Below, piece by piece: positions 26,753 through 40,202 of a DNA stretch of 64,000 nt. The translations under genes and the position numbers were made by a program. The notes under the pieces are model-generated. The model searched no databases, was not told the DNA's origin, and was given only the letters and a program-made list of their open reading frames with translations. Source of the DNA: Paraphysomonas bandaiensis (taxonomy: Eukaryota; Protista; Chrysophyceae); contig CBFFRP010000288.1 in the NCBI GenBank assembly GCA_965644295.1, forward strand, positions 434,001-498,000, in the 5' to 3' direction. Each line of letters opens with the position of its first letter. Position 1 is the first letter of the stretch.

Positions 26753-27795
26753 ATGAAGGCACGGTTTCTATGCAATGGCAACAATGTCGAGATGGAGTGT
26801 AAAGAAGATTCGAGGATTATTGAGCTAAAAGCCAAACTTGAAGCCGAAACTCAGATTCCTTCTGATTTACAAAAGTGGGTGTACAAAGGAAAGATTGTGG
26901 CCAATGACACCACTCTTGAGTTATTAGAATTTGTGGATGGAGATGCCATTCATGTGTTGAAAGCAGCCGGTTCGAATTCTCCAAGTACAACTGCATCTTC
27001 CGCACCTGTGAATTCAACGATACAATCTCCCCCACCAACGACTGTGAAACCTGTACCTCATTTTGATCAGGCGATGCGATATTTGTTATCTCACAATTCA
27101 GACGAAGAATCAATTAAATCTTTCCTCGCCACAACTTCCAAAATTATATCTAATATTATAAACCATCCATTTGATGAAAAATATAGGAAACTGAAAAGCA
27201 CCAATCCAAACTTTCAAAAGAAAATTGGAAGTATGATAGGAAATGCCCAGGTACTAAATGCACTTGGCTTTCAGAGCATTGGTGAGGAGTGGATTCTCCA
27301 TTCCTCTGCAGCAGCTTGGGACAATATTGTCTCGTGTCAGGCCAAGTTGAATGTATTTATGGACAAACTGCGATTAATGCCTGCGAATAGCGGGAGTACT
27401 GCTGCCACAGCCACACAGGGTAAGCTTCTTGTAGATTCACTGTTTGTATTGTGTACGTAATTCTTATATACATGGCCAATACAAGTATTCATGTTTATAT
27501 TAGGCCCTACGTCATCCTTCCCACCGCAACCTCCAGCCACGCAACCTGCTCCCGCACCAGGCACAGATATGGATCTTCAGCAGGCTGCTCAGAGCTTGGC
27601 CATGAGCTTAATGGCTCTCGGGTCGCAGGGCGCATTGCCTCAGGTACCAACAGCATCATCTGAGCAAACATCAGGACAGCCATCGGAACCTCCACGAAGT
27701 GATACGAGCGAATCTGCTGACAAGGTATTCTGCACTATTATACACTGTGCCCATGATATCGATTGTAAAACACTGTCTTGCAGAAGGACTCGTAA
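26753..27795 (+). CDS. Ubiquitin-like + PUB domain protein (candidate p97/Cdc48 cofactor), 3 exons
   Basis: UBL (LKAKLE..IPSDLQKWVYKGKIV..D..L..DGDAIHVL) and PUB (KIISNIINHPFDEKYRKLK..N..F...LNALGF); low-complexity tail. Confidence 0.85.
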
Positions 27796-29502
27796 AGTAA
27801 AGTTTTCCTCAGTTCTGGTTGGCTACTAGGTGCTTCTCTCTGTGAAAGTGTACATGGCACTCTTTGTAGGCGATACGTGGCACTAAAGTGTATAGGTTTT
27901 AAAAGTGATATATAACATTGATTATGCAAATTGCATTATAAAAGATTCGTTATGCCGCAAACAATGTGTGATATCGCTCTGATGCCAGTTTATATTTAGA
28001 ATTAGTAGTAATTGGTTGATGTTCGGCGTATCTGCCTGCCTTATATCCCTTTTCAAAAGTTGAATCGAAGGATCAAATTGAAGAGTTCTAAGTTCTAAAT
28101 CCCGCTCTATCTAGTGTCTATAACTTGTGTGTGAACTATTGAAATATTCATGGGTAGAAATGGGACAATCATAATTCCGTAAATGATACTGTGGAAGTAA
28201 TAGGCACAAAGAGTACTATATTTGTGACCTATCGGAGCTAGTGCCATAATATTTGAGAGAATGACATGTAAAAGTTATTTGACACAACCATAGATAATCA
28301 ATAATAGTCGCCAAAGAGTTTGGTATATTCATATGCTGGTATTATATTTTCCGGTTAGCAGGTGCGCAGTTGAAAGAATATCTGTAATTGTAACTTTTCA
28401 ATACAAAGAACATAGCAACTAGCAACATCCCATACACCATACAGTATATATGATGTATTAAGTTGACATGTGTCCTAATATAGTTAGCATAAACTAAACA
28501 GTCTATCAACTGAGTTGTGCTTATTAGCTTATTAGAGCTCTATACTCAATATATGCTACTTTCGTGTTGGCAATTACAATATATATGGGTACTGGTATTC
28601 ATCGCAGCGGTAGATACATATTTGTATGAAATTTAAGATATGTGACCTAAGACTGTGCCAGAATGAGAAGTATATATTTCATATTAACAAGTATATCTTG
28701 CACTGTGTATCCAAGTTTGAAAACATTCGAAAACGCGGAAAATTGTAAAGGACTTGGGATGGATAACATCCAAGAGATATATGAGTGAAAGAATATGGTT
28801 CGCTTTTTCTTTAGTGTTAAGCCTTAAGGCCATATTGATACATTAAAATCACGACTTCGCTACAAGTAAACGACGTGGCTTACTTCTATGTATTGATACA
28901 ATTGACTACAATTGGCAGTACCAAGGCAAGTGTAGAAACTGTAATCATATGTTAACATTTGCTACTCTCAATTATTTTGAAGGTATGAGCGTCCACTCGT
29001 TTTCAAATAAAGACAGAAAAGTAAGAGATGAAATGTTTTCGATTTCTCACCATATTCTTAATAGATTTCGTATATAACAGTCATTTAACTTGCATTACAG
29101 ATTGAATAATAGTCTAATGTTGATGGCAGAAAAAGAGTGCTTTGTTATGTGTGATGATGACATTGAAAAACAATTTCACAGAGACTCCGAGTTATGTTCA
29201 TTGGCTCCGTATATCATCACACTGGACAGAAAAGTGGTCTTCTAGTATGCTTCATGTGCATTATTCGGCACTTTAGATCAACCATGGGAATAAAGCATCA
29301 ACAAGATAGTAAAGATCTGAGTTTCAGAGGGTCAAACCTAAGTGAAGTATCACTGCTGAGTTTTCTGTTTCAAGATCTGCTGGTTAATATCCTTCTACCT
29401 GTAGCCCAGCATTTTCATATAACCAGAGAGCATTTATTTCCTTTATATATAGTAAAAAATCTACTCCAAATAAGAAATCTGCGCGGTGCTTTGGCCCGTA
29501 TG

Positions 29503-29595
29503 GCAGAATTCGTCTAGTGGTTAGGACAACACGTTGTGGAGCCTACAACGTGGCGAAAGTCCGTGTAAACCTGGGTTCGATTCCCAGATTCTGCA
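29503..29595 (+). tRNA. tRNA-His(GTG) with 21-nt intron (29540-29560)
   Basis: Acceptor stem GCAGAAT/ATTCTGC; anticodon stem ACACG/CGTGT with GTG at 29536-29538; intron at canonical 37/38; T-arm CTGGGTTCGATTCCCAG; poly-T terminator downstream. Confidence 0.92.
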
Positions 29596-29653
29596 TATAT
29601 TTTTTTTTAGTATCGCATAGCTATGGCAAAATAGTACAAACAAAAAATATCTC

Positions 29654-29735
29654 TGTCAGAAGTGGGATTTGAACCCACGCCTACGAATAGAGCACGACCT
29701 GAACGTGCCGCCTTAGACCACTCGGCCATCCTGAC
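29654..29735 (-). tRNA. tRNA-Leu(CAG)
   Basis: Reverse strand GTCAGGATGGCCGAGTGGTCTAAGGCGGCACGTTCAGGTCGTGC...GTGGGTTCAAATCCCACTTCTGACA; long variable arm; T-run terminator. Confidence 0.95.
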
Positions 29736-30489
29736 ACTGTTACTCATCTTCGTAATATAATGTATATATAAATAGTATTTGTTGATATAAGTTACAGTGA
29801 GTAGTGAGTACTGGTCACAGTGCCCCTCTGTATGTGCGTAGATTTCATTAGGCTTGTTCAGGTAATGTGGACATGATGTGTGTTTCTATGCATCACTTTG
29901 CATTACTTTATGATAGAGAGTAAGCAGTGAGTGTATATATAAGCTTTACAATATGAGTATGATGAGACATGACGTTAGTGGCACACAGATATCTCCTTGT
30001 TGGAGGGAAGGAAGCGTGCCGTGGAGTATTGTATGAATGCCTCAGAGTAGGGTACATGGAACTGTACGTGAACACAGCGATGGTATGGAAGGACTGATAT
30101 CATCCAATCGAAACTGCATAGTTTGACTTAAGAATCTGCGACAATTTCTACAGCCACGATAAATCAGCAAGATTTCGTAGGAATGGGCTGTATGTATGAT
30201 CTCAACAGTGTGTTCAAACGTGATATACTAGATAACTTTGTTATACCCGTGTTCAACACCAATGAATTTGAATATATTCGTGTAGGTTATCATATAAACT
30301 GATGTTTGAAATAATTAGAATAACAAATACTAAATCAGAGAATTAATCTAAACCAGCTATACAAGATCAGTCTCTACTTTTATTATTTCAACCTAAACTA
30401 CATATCCTCCTCATCATTCATCAAGCACGCTCAAGTGAACGATCATCTTCTCGCCTCATGTACATTTAAGGGTAACTGAATCACTCCAG

Positions 30490-30959
30490 AAGTAGTGAAT
30501 GTCATATTACTAGCAATAGGTGTTTAAGAGTCAGAACTAATCCTACTATTTAAGCACAAGCACCTAAGTTCACCACTTTTGTTCTATCACTCAGAGCAAA
30601 CGCAGTGAGCTAGCATAATGTGGATATACCTGACATCTGCTGACTTCAGGATATATGAGCACTTGAGGCGAACAGTCAGGATTCTTGGCTTCAGTAGGCA
30701 GTCTAATATCCCGGATGTCCTTGAGGTGGGCCCATTCCCGAATGCCTGTTTCTTCGTCAGGAGGACCCTACGACGTCTACACTAGTGACATTTGTATTAG
30801 TGTCCCTTGTACCACACAAGCATTTGGCTATGAGTGGACAGAATGTTATCTGCTATCTGCTGTCTATGTTAGCGGCTCACGTTAGTTTCCCGAAAAAATA
30901 TCTCCGGTACTTATCCCCCAGAACACCACGAAAAGGTGCGAGTCCGACACGGTTAAGGG
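30490..30959 (+). repeat. Dispersed repeat family, copy B (longest, ~470 bp; core 30624-30648)
   Basis: Left end AGTAGTGAA...GAGTCAGAACTAA shared with 40204-40253 and 41104-41153; middle shared with copies A, C, D, E; right end ..CCACGAAAAGGTGCGAG..(A/G)AGGG shared with E and F. Confidence 0.9.
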
Positions 30960-31495
30960 TAGCACACGGAAAGTGCTCACGAAGTTTTAAGGGCAATAGC
31001 ATGTTAAGGGCTGGATTTCATTTTCAAAGTTGAATATCTGACGATGCTGCTCTTCATGGTATGCAAGTGAGATAGATGATACTTGATACACAATGAAGTG
31101 ATAAAACAACCACACATGTTGATAGGCTGGTGGCGTTTAAGCCTCCAATATTTTGAGTAAAGTATGTGTATCATACATTGTTTTTCCATATCATGTATCT
31201 AAAACGCTGTGAAGAGTCCACGTATTGCATTTTATAACAATATACTAAAGGTTGTAGAAAACGTCTTCGTTGCTAAAATTTTAACCGGTGTATCAAGCAA
31301 AATGAAACTCACACATATTTCATGTTAAAAATCTGATTTACTTAAAACTTGTAGATGAAAATATTAAAAGCAAGGCTTAAAGCAGTAGAATAAACTTCAA
31401 GTAGTCCCAAAAAGGTTGTAATATCATATATTGCCTTCAAAGTGACAAACGCTAAAAATTGTTTCAAAATTGGGGAAAACGTCATTCCAATTAAT

Positions 31496-34400
31496 CTAAT
31501 CGAACGAGAGGATTTCGGTCCACGTCATAAATCGGAGCTCGTCCAATGGCTTCACTTGACCAGCAGCCTTTAGAACGTTGGAGACCTCAACACTCTGGAG
31601 GGAATCCATTCCTAATGTGGAAAGCATATCAGTGCTGCTGATCTTGGCGGGGTCCAAGCCAAGAACACGAGCAATACGCTGTGATGTGCTCAGAGTCTTA
31701 GCACCTGACTCTTCTCCTGAGCTATCTGATTTACTGCGAATATAACATGAGGCAACAGCATGGTCGGAGAAGAGAATAGTGTTGAGTGACTCCAAACAGC
31801 TGTCGATGTGCTGGGGGCTGAATCCAAGTGATGTATTTGTGGCTTGCTGCTTCATCAGAACACCAACAGTGCCAATGAATCCCCACTGAATGGCCACACC
31901 GGGCAATCCCACTGCTCTGCGGGCCATACACACTCCCTCCATAGCTGAGTTGGCATAGGCGTAGTTGGTCTGGCCCGGATTTCCAAACAAAGCTGAGACT
32001 GAGCTCCACATGACAAAGTTCTCAAGAGAAGGGCAGTGAGCCCTCGTGCTAGCGTCCAAGTTCTTACACATATCCGCTTTTACACGCACGGTCTCATTCC
32101 AGTCATTCTCAGACAGTTTGTCGAAGAGGCGGTCGTTGAGCACCATACCCAAATGCCAAACACCGACAAGGTTTTCACCGACACTGGAAATGAACTCTTC
32201 ACACTGCTGCGGGTCCCTCAAATCTGCATGAGTTACAGTAACCTCGCCAAGTGTCAACCTCTGGTGGGGCTTTGGGTCGCTGCGCGAGGCAATAATGATA
32301 CGTTCGGCACCTCGCGACTGAAGAAAGAGCACCAGCTCCATTCCAAACCCTCCCAGACCACCAACTACCAGATGCGTTCCTCGGGTGCGGAAAGTACGAG
32401 ACACTTTAGGTACAGCCTCAGAATCACTGCCAAAGATTTTCGACTGATCGACGCGAACGATAACCTTTCCGATGTGCTTACCAGTACTGACATATCTCAG
32501 CGCCTGCTCCGTATCTTCAAACACGGTTGAGCACAACGGCTTCACCTCACCGGACTTGAGACCCTCAATCATCAATTCTCTCACCGGTTGCCAGAGTTGA
32601 GGCTTGGAAAACATATCACTTAAGTCAAAACCATGAATGCTGACATTTCTCTCAAACACACCCATGCCAATACGCATATTTTGTTGGATGTCGTACTTGC
32701 CAATCTCACAGAAATGGCCGTATTGTGCCACACAGTCCAGACCAGCCTGCAGCTTATCTCCAGACAGAGAGTTGAGAACCGCATCTACACCTCTTCCCTC
32801 AGTAAGACATAACACATCGTCGCGGAACTTAACACTGTGGGAGTCCAGAATGCAACGCTTGTCAATGCCTAAGTTAGCATGAACCCATTCCATTTTGGCG
32901 TGAGAGCACGTAGCAATGACATTGACTCCACGGAACTTGCAGATGTGGAACGCAGCCTGGCCAACTCCACCAGCAATAGAGTGAATTAAAACAGTCTGAC
33001 CACGACGAATATTAGCCTTTACAACCAGGGCATAATACACGGTGGAGTACACAACAGGGATAGTGCACGCATCCTCTAGAGAAAGTGAGGCAGGGATGTC
33101 CCACAGCAGATGATCTGTTGTCTTGATGTGACTGGCCATACATCCAGATGCAATTCCCATAACTGGCTTTCCAGCAACAACACCGCTAAACTCAAGACCA
33201 ATCTTGACATCTTCATTGCTAGTGAGTTTTCCGTAAGATAACATGACATCCTTGAAGTTAATTCCACAGAACTTTACCTCACAGTCAGGCTCAACGTCAT
33301 TCTCAACCCAAGTGAGGGACTCCAAATCGCCAGGTTTGGTAACCTTGAGATGGTATCCGCGGTTTTTCACATCTGGCTTCTGACGCAAAGGAACCTGATG
33401 GAATCCCCCAGGGGTGCCATTACAGCGGATAGACATTGGTAATTCTGGAACAATATCAGATGACTGCGTGGAAATTACTGGTTGATGGCCCATCACTGAG
33501 GAAATATCAAGGTCCAGCTGAACAGAGGTGTAGCCAGGTTCCTTACGAAGGCTGCGCACCATTCCCAGGTATCCTACATCTGATGTCAAAACTGTTGAGG
33601 GTACACCGGAGGAAATTTCATTGTAGGTCTTCACAGTTGCTCTGGGGTCAGCAAGAACATCAGTCTCGGCCTTGCGTGCAAGAAGAACCAACATTGAGGA
33701 ACTCTTGTCCGTATACCAAATTACAGAACTGAATCCCGCGTCAGTGAGCATGTCCACCCACTTGTCTTGGCTCAACCACCGTCCATGGGGCCTCTCATCA
33801 TCTACAGAACTGCAATCAACAACACTACCCCAAAGCAGTTGCGGTAGAGCGCCAATGTACTCCCGCAGAACAAGAAATCCATCTTCAGTAAGTGCAGAGT
33901 GCATAGCAGACAAGTATGAGGAGATATCTGGTGTACTGTACAGAGCATTACTGGAGATTATTACATCAATGTTTTCAGCGGTGATAGCTACTGAGGAATT
34001 CTGATACGAATAAGAAAGCATCTCATGTTCAATCATAGGGGACATGACCTTGTAAAGCGCATCCACACCAGTACTGTCTCCTACATGAACAACTGAATAT
34101 GATCGGGAGAGATTCTCTCTGATTATTTGAGAAATGATGTCTAGCCCATCCGTGCACCATTGACAAGAGAGAATGGGGTCAGAGGAGTACAGTTGGTCGC
34201 TGTAGCGAGGAACTGTGGAGCTGCTGGTGCTCTTCAGCACGTCAGCATGAACAGACTCCACATACAAGCGAATACTCTTAGTCGGTACCACGTTCTCTAA
34301 GTCGTCGGTTACGCTCCCAGTGGAGTCTCTTGCAGAAAGACATTGCATCAGCTGCTGCTTGAACTGCTCTTCATGCTCGAGCACATGACCACCATATGGA

Positions 34401-37400
34401 ACAAACTCTACACCTCGAATAGTCGGCTGCTTGTGTACCTTGCGGGCCAAAGTCGTTTTTAATCCGCGGATGACAACGTCTTTATTTCCAAAGGAACGTA
34501 AGTCACGATTAGATAATAGAAGATGATCAGCGTCCTTCACATTCTTGCAGTTGATGGATACAGCACCAATAGCGGTAGGAAGAGATAATCCAGTCGGCCG
34601 GTTCAAAAAGGCCTGTAGTATGTTGTCCAAGTATACGATCCAGTGGCTCGCCTGACGTAGCTGAACCTTGGTGCCATCGAAAGATCTCTTCTCGATACTC
34701 TGGAAATGTTCACCATACTCGTAACCAAAGCGAGCAAGACGGGCATATACTGCATCGCGATCAATCCACACGCTGTCTTCAGTCGATGCAGACTCTGTGC
34801 GATCAATACTGTGAGAAGGAATTTGGTACTCTGAAGCGATGGACCCCTGAGAGACAAGCTTGTCATCATGGTGAATTTTCCAGCCTTTCTCATCTGTTGT
34901 CACAACAAGTGACACCGACACCCCGTCCAAGATAATAGCAGAGAATATTTTGACATCCACAAAGTGAATTTCATCAGTGCCGTATGCAGACCAGGCACTA
35001 TACACATGGGCAGTAGCTGGAAGCAGCGATCTACCATCAATAATATGATCCATCAAAAACGCATCCTTTCCGGCAAGGTCGAACTTAATGGTGATAGAGG
35101 AGTTCGCAGAGCTTCGGTCGAAGTCCTCGAAAGTGGGTATTCTCCAGTCGGTATCATGATCCCACTGAAGATTCACACGGTGCTTCATAGGGACCATATG
35201 GGTCACACGTGGAAAATTGAAATGAACACCATGCAACCACAAATTATCTACAAGAGTTCTCATTGTATCAACTCCACTGGTGCCACGACGCATGGTTTCC
35301 AAAATACAAACGTCGCCATCATCCACAGCAGCGCGACAACGCTTGATGACACTTTTTAACAGTGCATGGGGGCCGACTTCTACGATCACAGTTCCCACAG
35401 GTAGAGATCGAACAACTGGATCGAAATTGACTTGGCCAATGATGTTTCTGGTATGGTAGGCCGCATTGGCATATTTCTCACAGTCATGGTCAACTCCATT
35501 TCTGCATTCCACACAGCTAGACGAGAGCCACCTCTTCGTACGCTCCACTGGAGGGGTATCGGTAATCACAGAGGACAGAATATCTTCAATCTTATCAGCG
35601 TTGTCACGAAAGAACTTAGAGTGGTAGGCAATGCCGTCAGTGGGGACAGTCCTCGCGAAAATACCTTTCTCTTGCAAAGCAGAAGCAATCTCCGAAATTT
35701 CACTGTCACTTCCACTGAGAGTCACGCCATCAGGTGAATTGTGGCATGCTATAACTGTGTCGGAGTACGGCTTGATTAGTTCTACAGCAGAGTCGTAAGT
35801 TAGCCCCACAGCAAGCATAAGGCCAGTAGCTTTGATTTTGTCACTCAGCTGACATCTCATAAAAGCAATGCGTGCAGCTTCTTTCGCAGAGGTGCAGCCA
35901 TCAGCATATCCGCAGGCTACTTCTCCCACCGAATGACCAAATATGAAATCAGGTTCAACACCAGATTCCTTGAGCATTGCTGTTAATCCAAGCTGTACAA
36001 GAGTAATACCGAATCCAGACCACTGCTTATTCATCCACTTATCCCCGACAGTAAACAGATCATCAACGTTCACTGGAAGCTCACTGCAGGCCTCTGTGAT
36101 GGTAGAGCGAAAAGTAGTATTGCTGTTGTCTTGCCACAGCTCAGTAGCCATTCCCTTCCACTGACACCCTTGCCCAGTATAACAGAAAGCCACCAATGGC
36201 TTCGTCGCAGGAACACTCGAGGTCGTCAGTTCTTTTCCATCAGCAGAAACCACTCCTCTCCACGGAAACTTGTTGGTGGCAGTGCTGCTACGCATAAGTA
36301 CCTGCCAGGCGGCGAGGTTGAGGTTCCCAGAGCTGTGATAGGCTTGAAGTGCTCCCTCGCTGCGGCCAAATATAAATCTTGTAGTTGACACATCGTCAAC
36401 AACTGGTCGGCCACCACTGCAGACCACCATATGCGCATTGGTACCTCCAAATCCAAAGTTATTTATCGCAATTAGAGGTGGTTCGCCCGAAGTTGTAGCA
36501 GTTGGAAGAGGCTGAGTGAAGTTGGCAACTCGCAAACGATCACTGATGATGGGCTCATGCAGGGTAGTGCCTTGGTAATGCAGATTGGTTGGAACTGTAC
36601 CCTCACAAACGATGCCCAATACTTTGATAAGTGACATCATGCCAGAGGCTCCTTCCGCGTGACCCATGTTTGACTTGACACTTCCAATTAGAGTGTTTCC
36701 ACGGGTCTTCACTGTACCATAGGCAGTGTCGATGGCACGTAACTCTTGGCCATCTCCAGCAACTGTACCCGTTCCGTGGGCTTCCACGTACACAACTTTA
36801 GAGGGATCAATGTTGAACTCAGTACACACGCTTTGGCAGAGAGCGATTTGTTGGTTGGAGTCCGGGTAGGTAATACCCTTCGATTTGCAGCCATCCGAGT
36901 TGGATCCTGTGCCCAGAATGCGCATGATCCCTACATTAGAGCAAACTGACGGAGCCTCCAAGAGAACAGCTCCAACGCCATCAGCACGCACATAGCCATT
37001 GGCGCGATCATCGAACGAGTGGCACTTGCCATCAGGTGAGAGCATTCCGTACGAGGCAAAGCTCTTGAATACACCTATTAAATATAAACAATATGAGATG
37101 TATCATATGGCGCATTACATCTGCACATTACCTGGGTCAGTAGCAATGGATACACCAGCCACTATTGCTCGTGACACTTTGCCTGACATTACATCGCGTG
37201 CCGCGATGTCCATAGCAACTAGAGAGCTAGAGCAGGCGGTATCTATCGTAAGGGAGGGACCAGTGAAGTCAAAGCAGAAGGAGATACGGTTAGCGAACAT
37301 TGAGTGTGAGCAGCCAGTGTTCTCATAACCAGTAATTGTACGGACATCTTTTAATAAGGCCTTGTGCATGTCACTGAAGCATCCACCTACATATACTCCA

Positions 37401-37708
37401 GTACTAGACCGTGCGAGATCCTCCATAGTGTAGCCGGCGTCACTAATCGCCTCATATACAACTTCTAATAGAACACGGAGCTGAGGATCCAGGCACGAGG
37501 CCTGTGCAGAACTGATGCCAAAAAACATGGCATCAAACTTTTGTATAGTTCCTATCTGAGCCTGCCTTGAAGGGAGACCAGCATACCCTTCGGGATATCG
37601 CGATGAATTCTCAGTTACAAGATCAACCCCATCGCACAGATTGCTCCAAAAACTACCTATAGACTCACTTGACGGAAACCTCCCACTGAATCCTGTTATG
37701 TAAACCAT
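31496..37708 (-). CDS. Type I iterative FAS/PKS, animal-FASN-like, KS-AT-DH-pseudoMT-ER-KR-ACP, no TE; copy 1 (2051 aa, intron 37075-37131)
   Basis: KS DTACSSS, EAHGTGT, GSVKSNMGH, NNFGFGGTNAH; AT GHSVGE, AYHS; DH HIIDGRSLLP, LDNILQ; ER LIHSIAGGVGQAA, GKHIGKV; KR GGLGGFG, GQTNYAYAN; ACP GMDSL near the C-terminus. Confidence 0.95.
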
Positions 37709-38418
37709 GATGATTATTCAATTCACAATAGTGTTAAAAATGAATTATCCAAACCATCTTTCTGATCAGTGACGACTTTGAATTGGATATGAAGTCATCA
37801 CATCATCCTTTTAGCTGCCATACATTCCAGGTGACGGTAAAGCTGCCTTCCCGCTCGTCATGTAATCAGCATCGAGAATAAGTGATGTCTGTCCAATTCC
37901 AATTCTCGTAAGCAGAGTGGTGCGCTCTCATCGAATGGTTATGTGTGATTATCATTTAATTGGCTTACGTGACGATAGCTTGACTTTGGTTACCGTCACC
38001 TCTCATATCTAACTGTTGGTTGTGTGCCACAGCAGCACATACACACATACAGTGATTACTGTCGAATAGATTATGCTTGGGATAATATGATTGGTGAATT
38101 AGTTATACAGCAAAAGTTGGTATTGTTTCTCTGTATACTGTATTCGTTATACTGTATTTTTCGGTATTACATGTATTCCTTATTCACATATGCCATAGGA
38201 TTCCTACCTCATACTTCAGCGAATTGACGAATGAAAATATAGTATTCTACATTTATTGGATGAGGCGTATTGTAACTGCTGACGTGTTATGAAGTGATAT
38301 GATTGGACTGGAAAGATATCCATCTCTGCACATACATGCATCTCACTACACTGACAGATCTAGATCATAACTAGACAATGAGTACAATATCATTGAGTTG
38401 ACTTAACCAGTGTTAACA
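37709..38418. promoter_or_regulatory. Candidate bidirectional promoter shared by FAS/PKS copy 1 and the questin-oxidase-like gene
   Basis: 710-bp head-to-head interval; mirror of the TGACG/CCAAT cluster at 43407-43638, plus TGACGT at ~38280. Confidence 0.5.
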
Positions 38419-39755
38419 ATGTCATATTACGTTGCTCCTCCATTATCGCCATATTTATCGAACTGGCTTCCGATGTCGAGAAAATGGCACTTTATATTTG
38501 GCGGATTCCTTCACAATCATCTCGCGCATAACTTTGTTGTAATGGGATGCAGCGGTCTAGACGATGCTGAATCAAATGAGAAAATGAAGGTGTGGAAGCG
38601 TGTCGGTATAATACTCATTTATTCTTAATCAATTTTACGCAGTGGTGGAATGATTTTTATGAAAATAAAACTGAGAGTCTTACTGGAACTCCCCTTGAGA
38701 CTGCTCACCCGGTTACTCCCGATATGCCAGCTATTACTTCAGAAAGCTGGAAAGATCATATACGCATGGATAATTATGAACTATATCCGGCTTATTTGCA
38801 GTACTTTGATGAGCAGATATCTTCCCTCGGGAGAGAGACTGTCATTCAACAACATGTTCCATACTTACTTTATGGCATTGCTGGTTCAGCGCTACACCCT
38901 ATTATCCATTTGGGGTATGCACTTGACGCCCAGCATGATGGTATGACTGCTGAGGGTCTCGCGAGCTTATGCTGCGGTTTCATGTCATTGTCTTGTGCTC
39001 CTATGACTGAGAATCTCTGGACAGAAAATGAGGACTCCAAAGGTATTATCGACAGTGCAATTTCGTTTCTTTCCACTGCCAAAAACTGCAACTTTTATTC
39101 AATTGCCAAAGATGCCGGGAAGACAACTCGTTACATGGAGCAGCCTATCGGCTCCTTTCAGCGTAAGGTCTGGGCTTTCGATGACCCTTCCCTACCACTC
39201 GGTGCAGAACTTAACTCTATATGTCCTATACGGATGCCAATTGTCAATGAATCTATTACACCCTCTGTCAAAGAAGCGACAGCTCTAGCTGCAGCCGCCT
39301 ATGTTGCCTCTGATTGTGAATTCTTCACTCTGCATGGATTGACAAGTCTCCACGGGCTGCTAGCTACACTCCCTCTCCTTTCTCCACGACACCAAAGAAC
39401 TGCTATCATCCTGTGGTTACGAGCTACGCTAGCTACTATAGTAGTCGTGGATTGTCCAGGTTCTGAGAAACTCCTTGGAATTCTGCAGCGGTGGAAGGAA
39501 TCAGAGGAGACTGCCCCTGAACCCTCCGAGACGACTCCTGTGGAGGAAGCGTGGTGGAAAGATGCTATCACGAAGGCCCTCACAAGTACAGATGAACATG
39601 CTCCGAAAGCAGTATACGCGCTATGGAGGTGGTCAGTGTTCAACGATATGCCGGAGCATTCCCACGTTCTCTTCAGGGAGGCGGCGGTAAACCAGATTCG
39701 GCCTGTGGAAGGTGGGGGACCCGAGAAACTTATATGGGCCGACAGGAGCGAGTGA
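38419..39755 (+). CDS. Questin oxidase-like (AflY/HypA/GedK, DUF4243 family) oxidoreductase, 427 aa, 2 exons
   Basis: Exons 38419-38589 and 38643-39755 (phase 0). Family-like motifs GFLHNHLAH, YPAYLQYFDEQI, ALHPIIHLGYAL, AEGLA, FFTLHGLTSLH, DEHAPKAVYAL. Confidence 0.82.
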
Positions 39756-40202
39756 GGGAAGATATTCTATAAACTTCGAAGTTTCGAACCCCATTACTTT
39801 ACAACTACATCAGTAGCGTTCAGCTTTTTCTTTATCATACGAATAAATTATATAATGTTTTTTTTTGGACTACAGATAACAAATAATATAGTTATTTAAT
39901 ATTCTGCTGACTTTGCTGGGATATTGTTAAAAAGATAAGAAATTTGTCGTTTGAGTTAGTTTGAAGTTCATGAATTTTGTTAAAGTGATACATCTCGTAG
40001 TAGTTTCTTATCGATTATATATACGCCAGCCATGTTCAAGTTAGTGAAGACAAGTTTTATAGTTGCATGTTTTATATTACTCAGCTAGTTAGCAGTCAAT
40101 AATGATGGTGTTCAGATAGGAGAGATAATTGAAGAAGGATTACAGATTCAAAACTATGACTCTTAGCTTAAATACAGGATGCCCATGATTACTGGTCATT
40201 GA

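Noticed and set aside
30745-30770. CTGACGA..GAAAC on the minus strand of repeat copy B, like a minimal hammerhead core
   Set aside because: No stem II, and the motif is not conserved in copy A.
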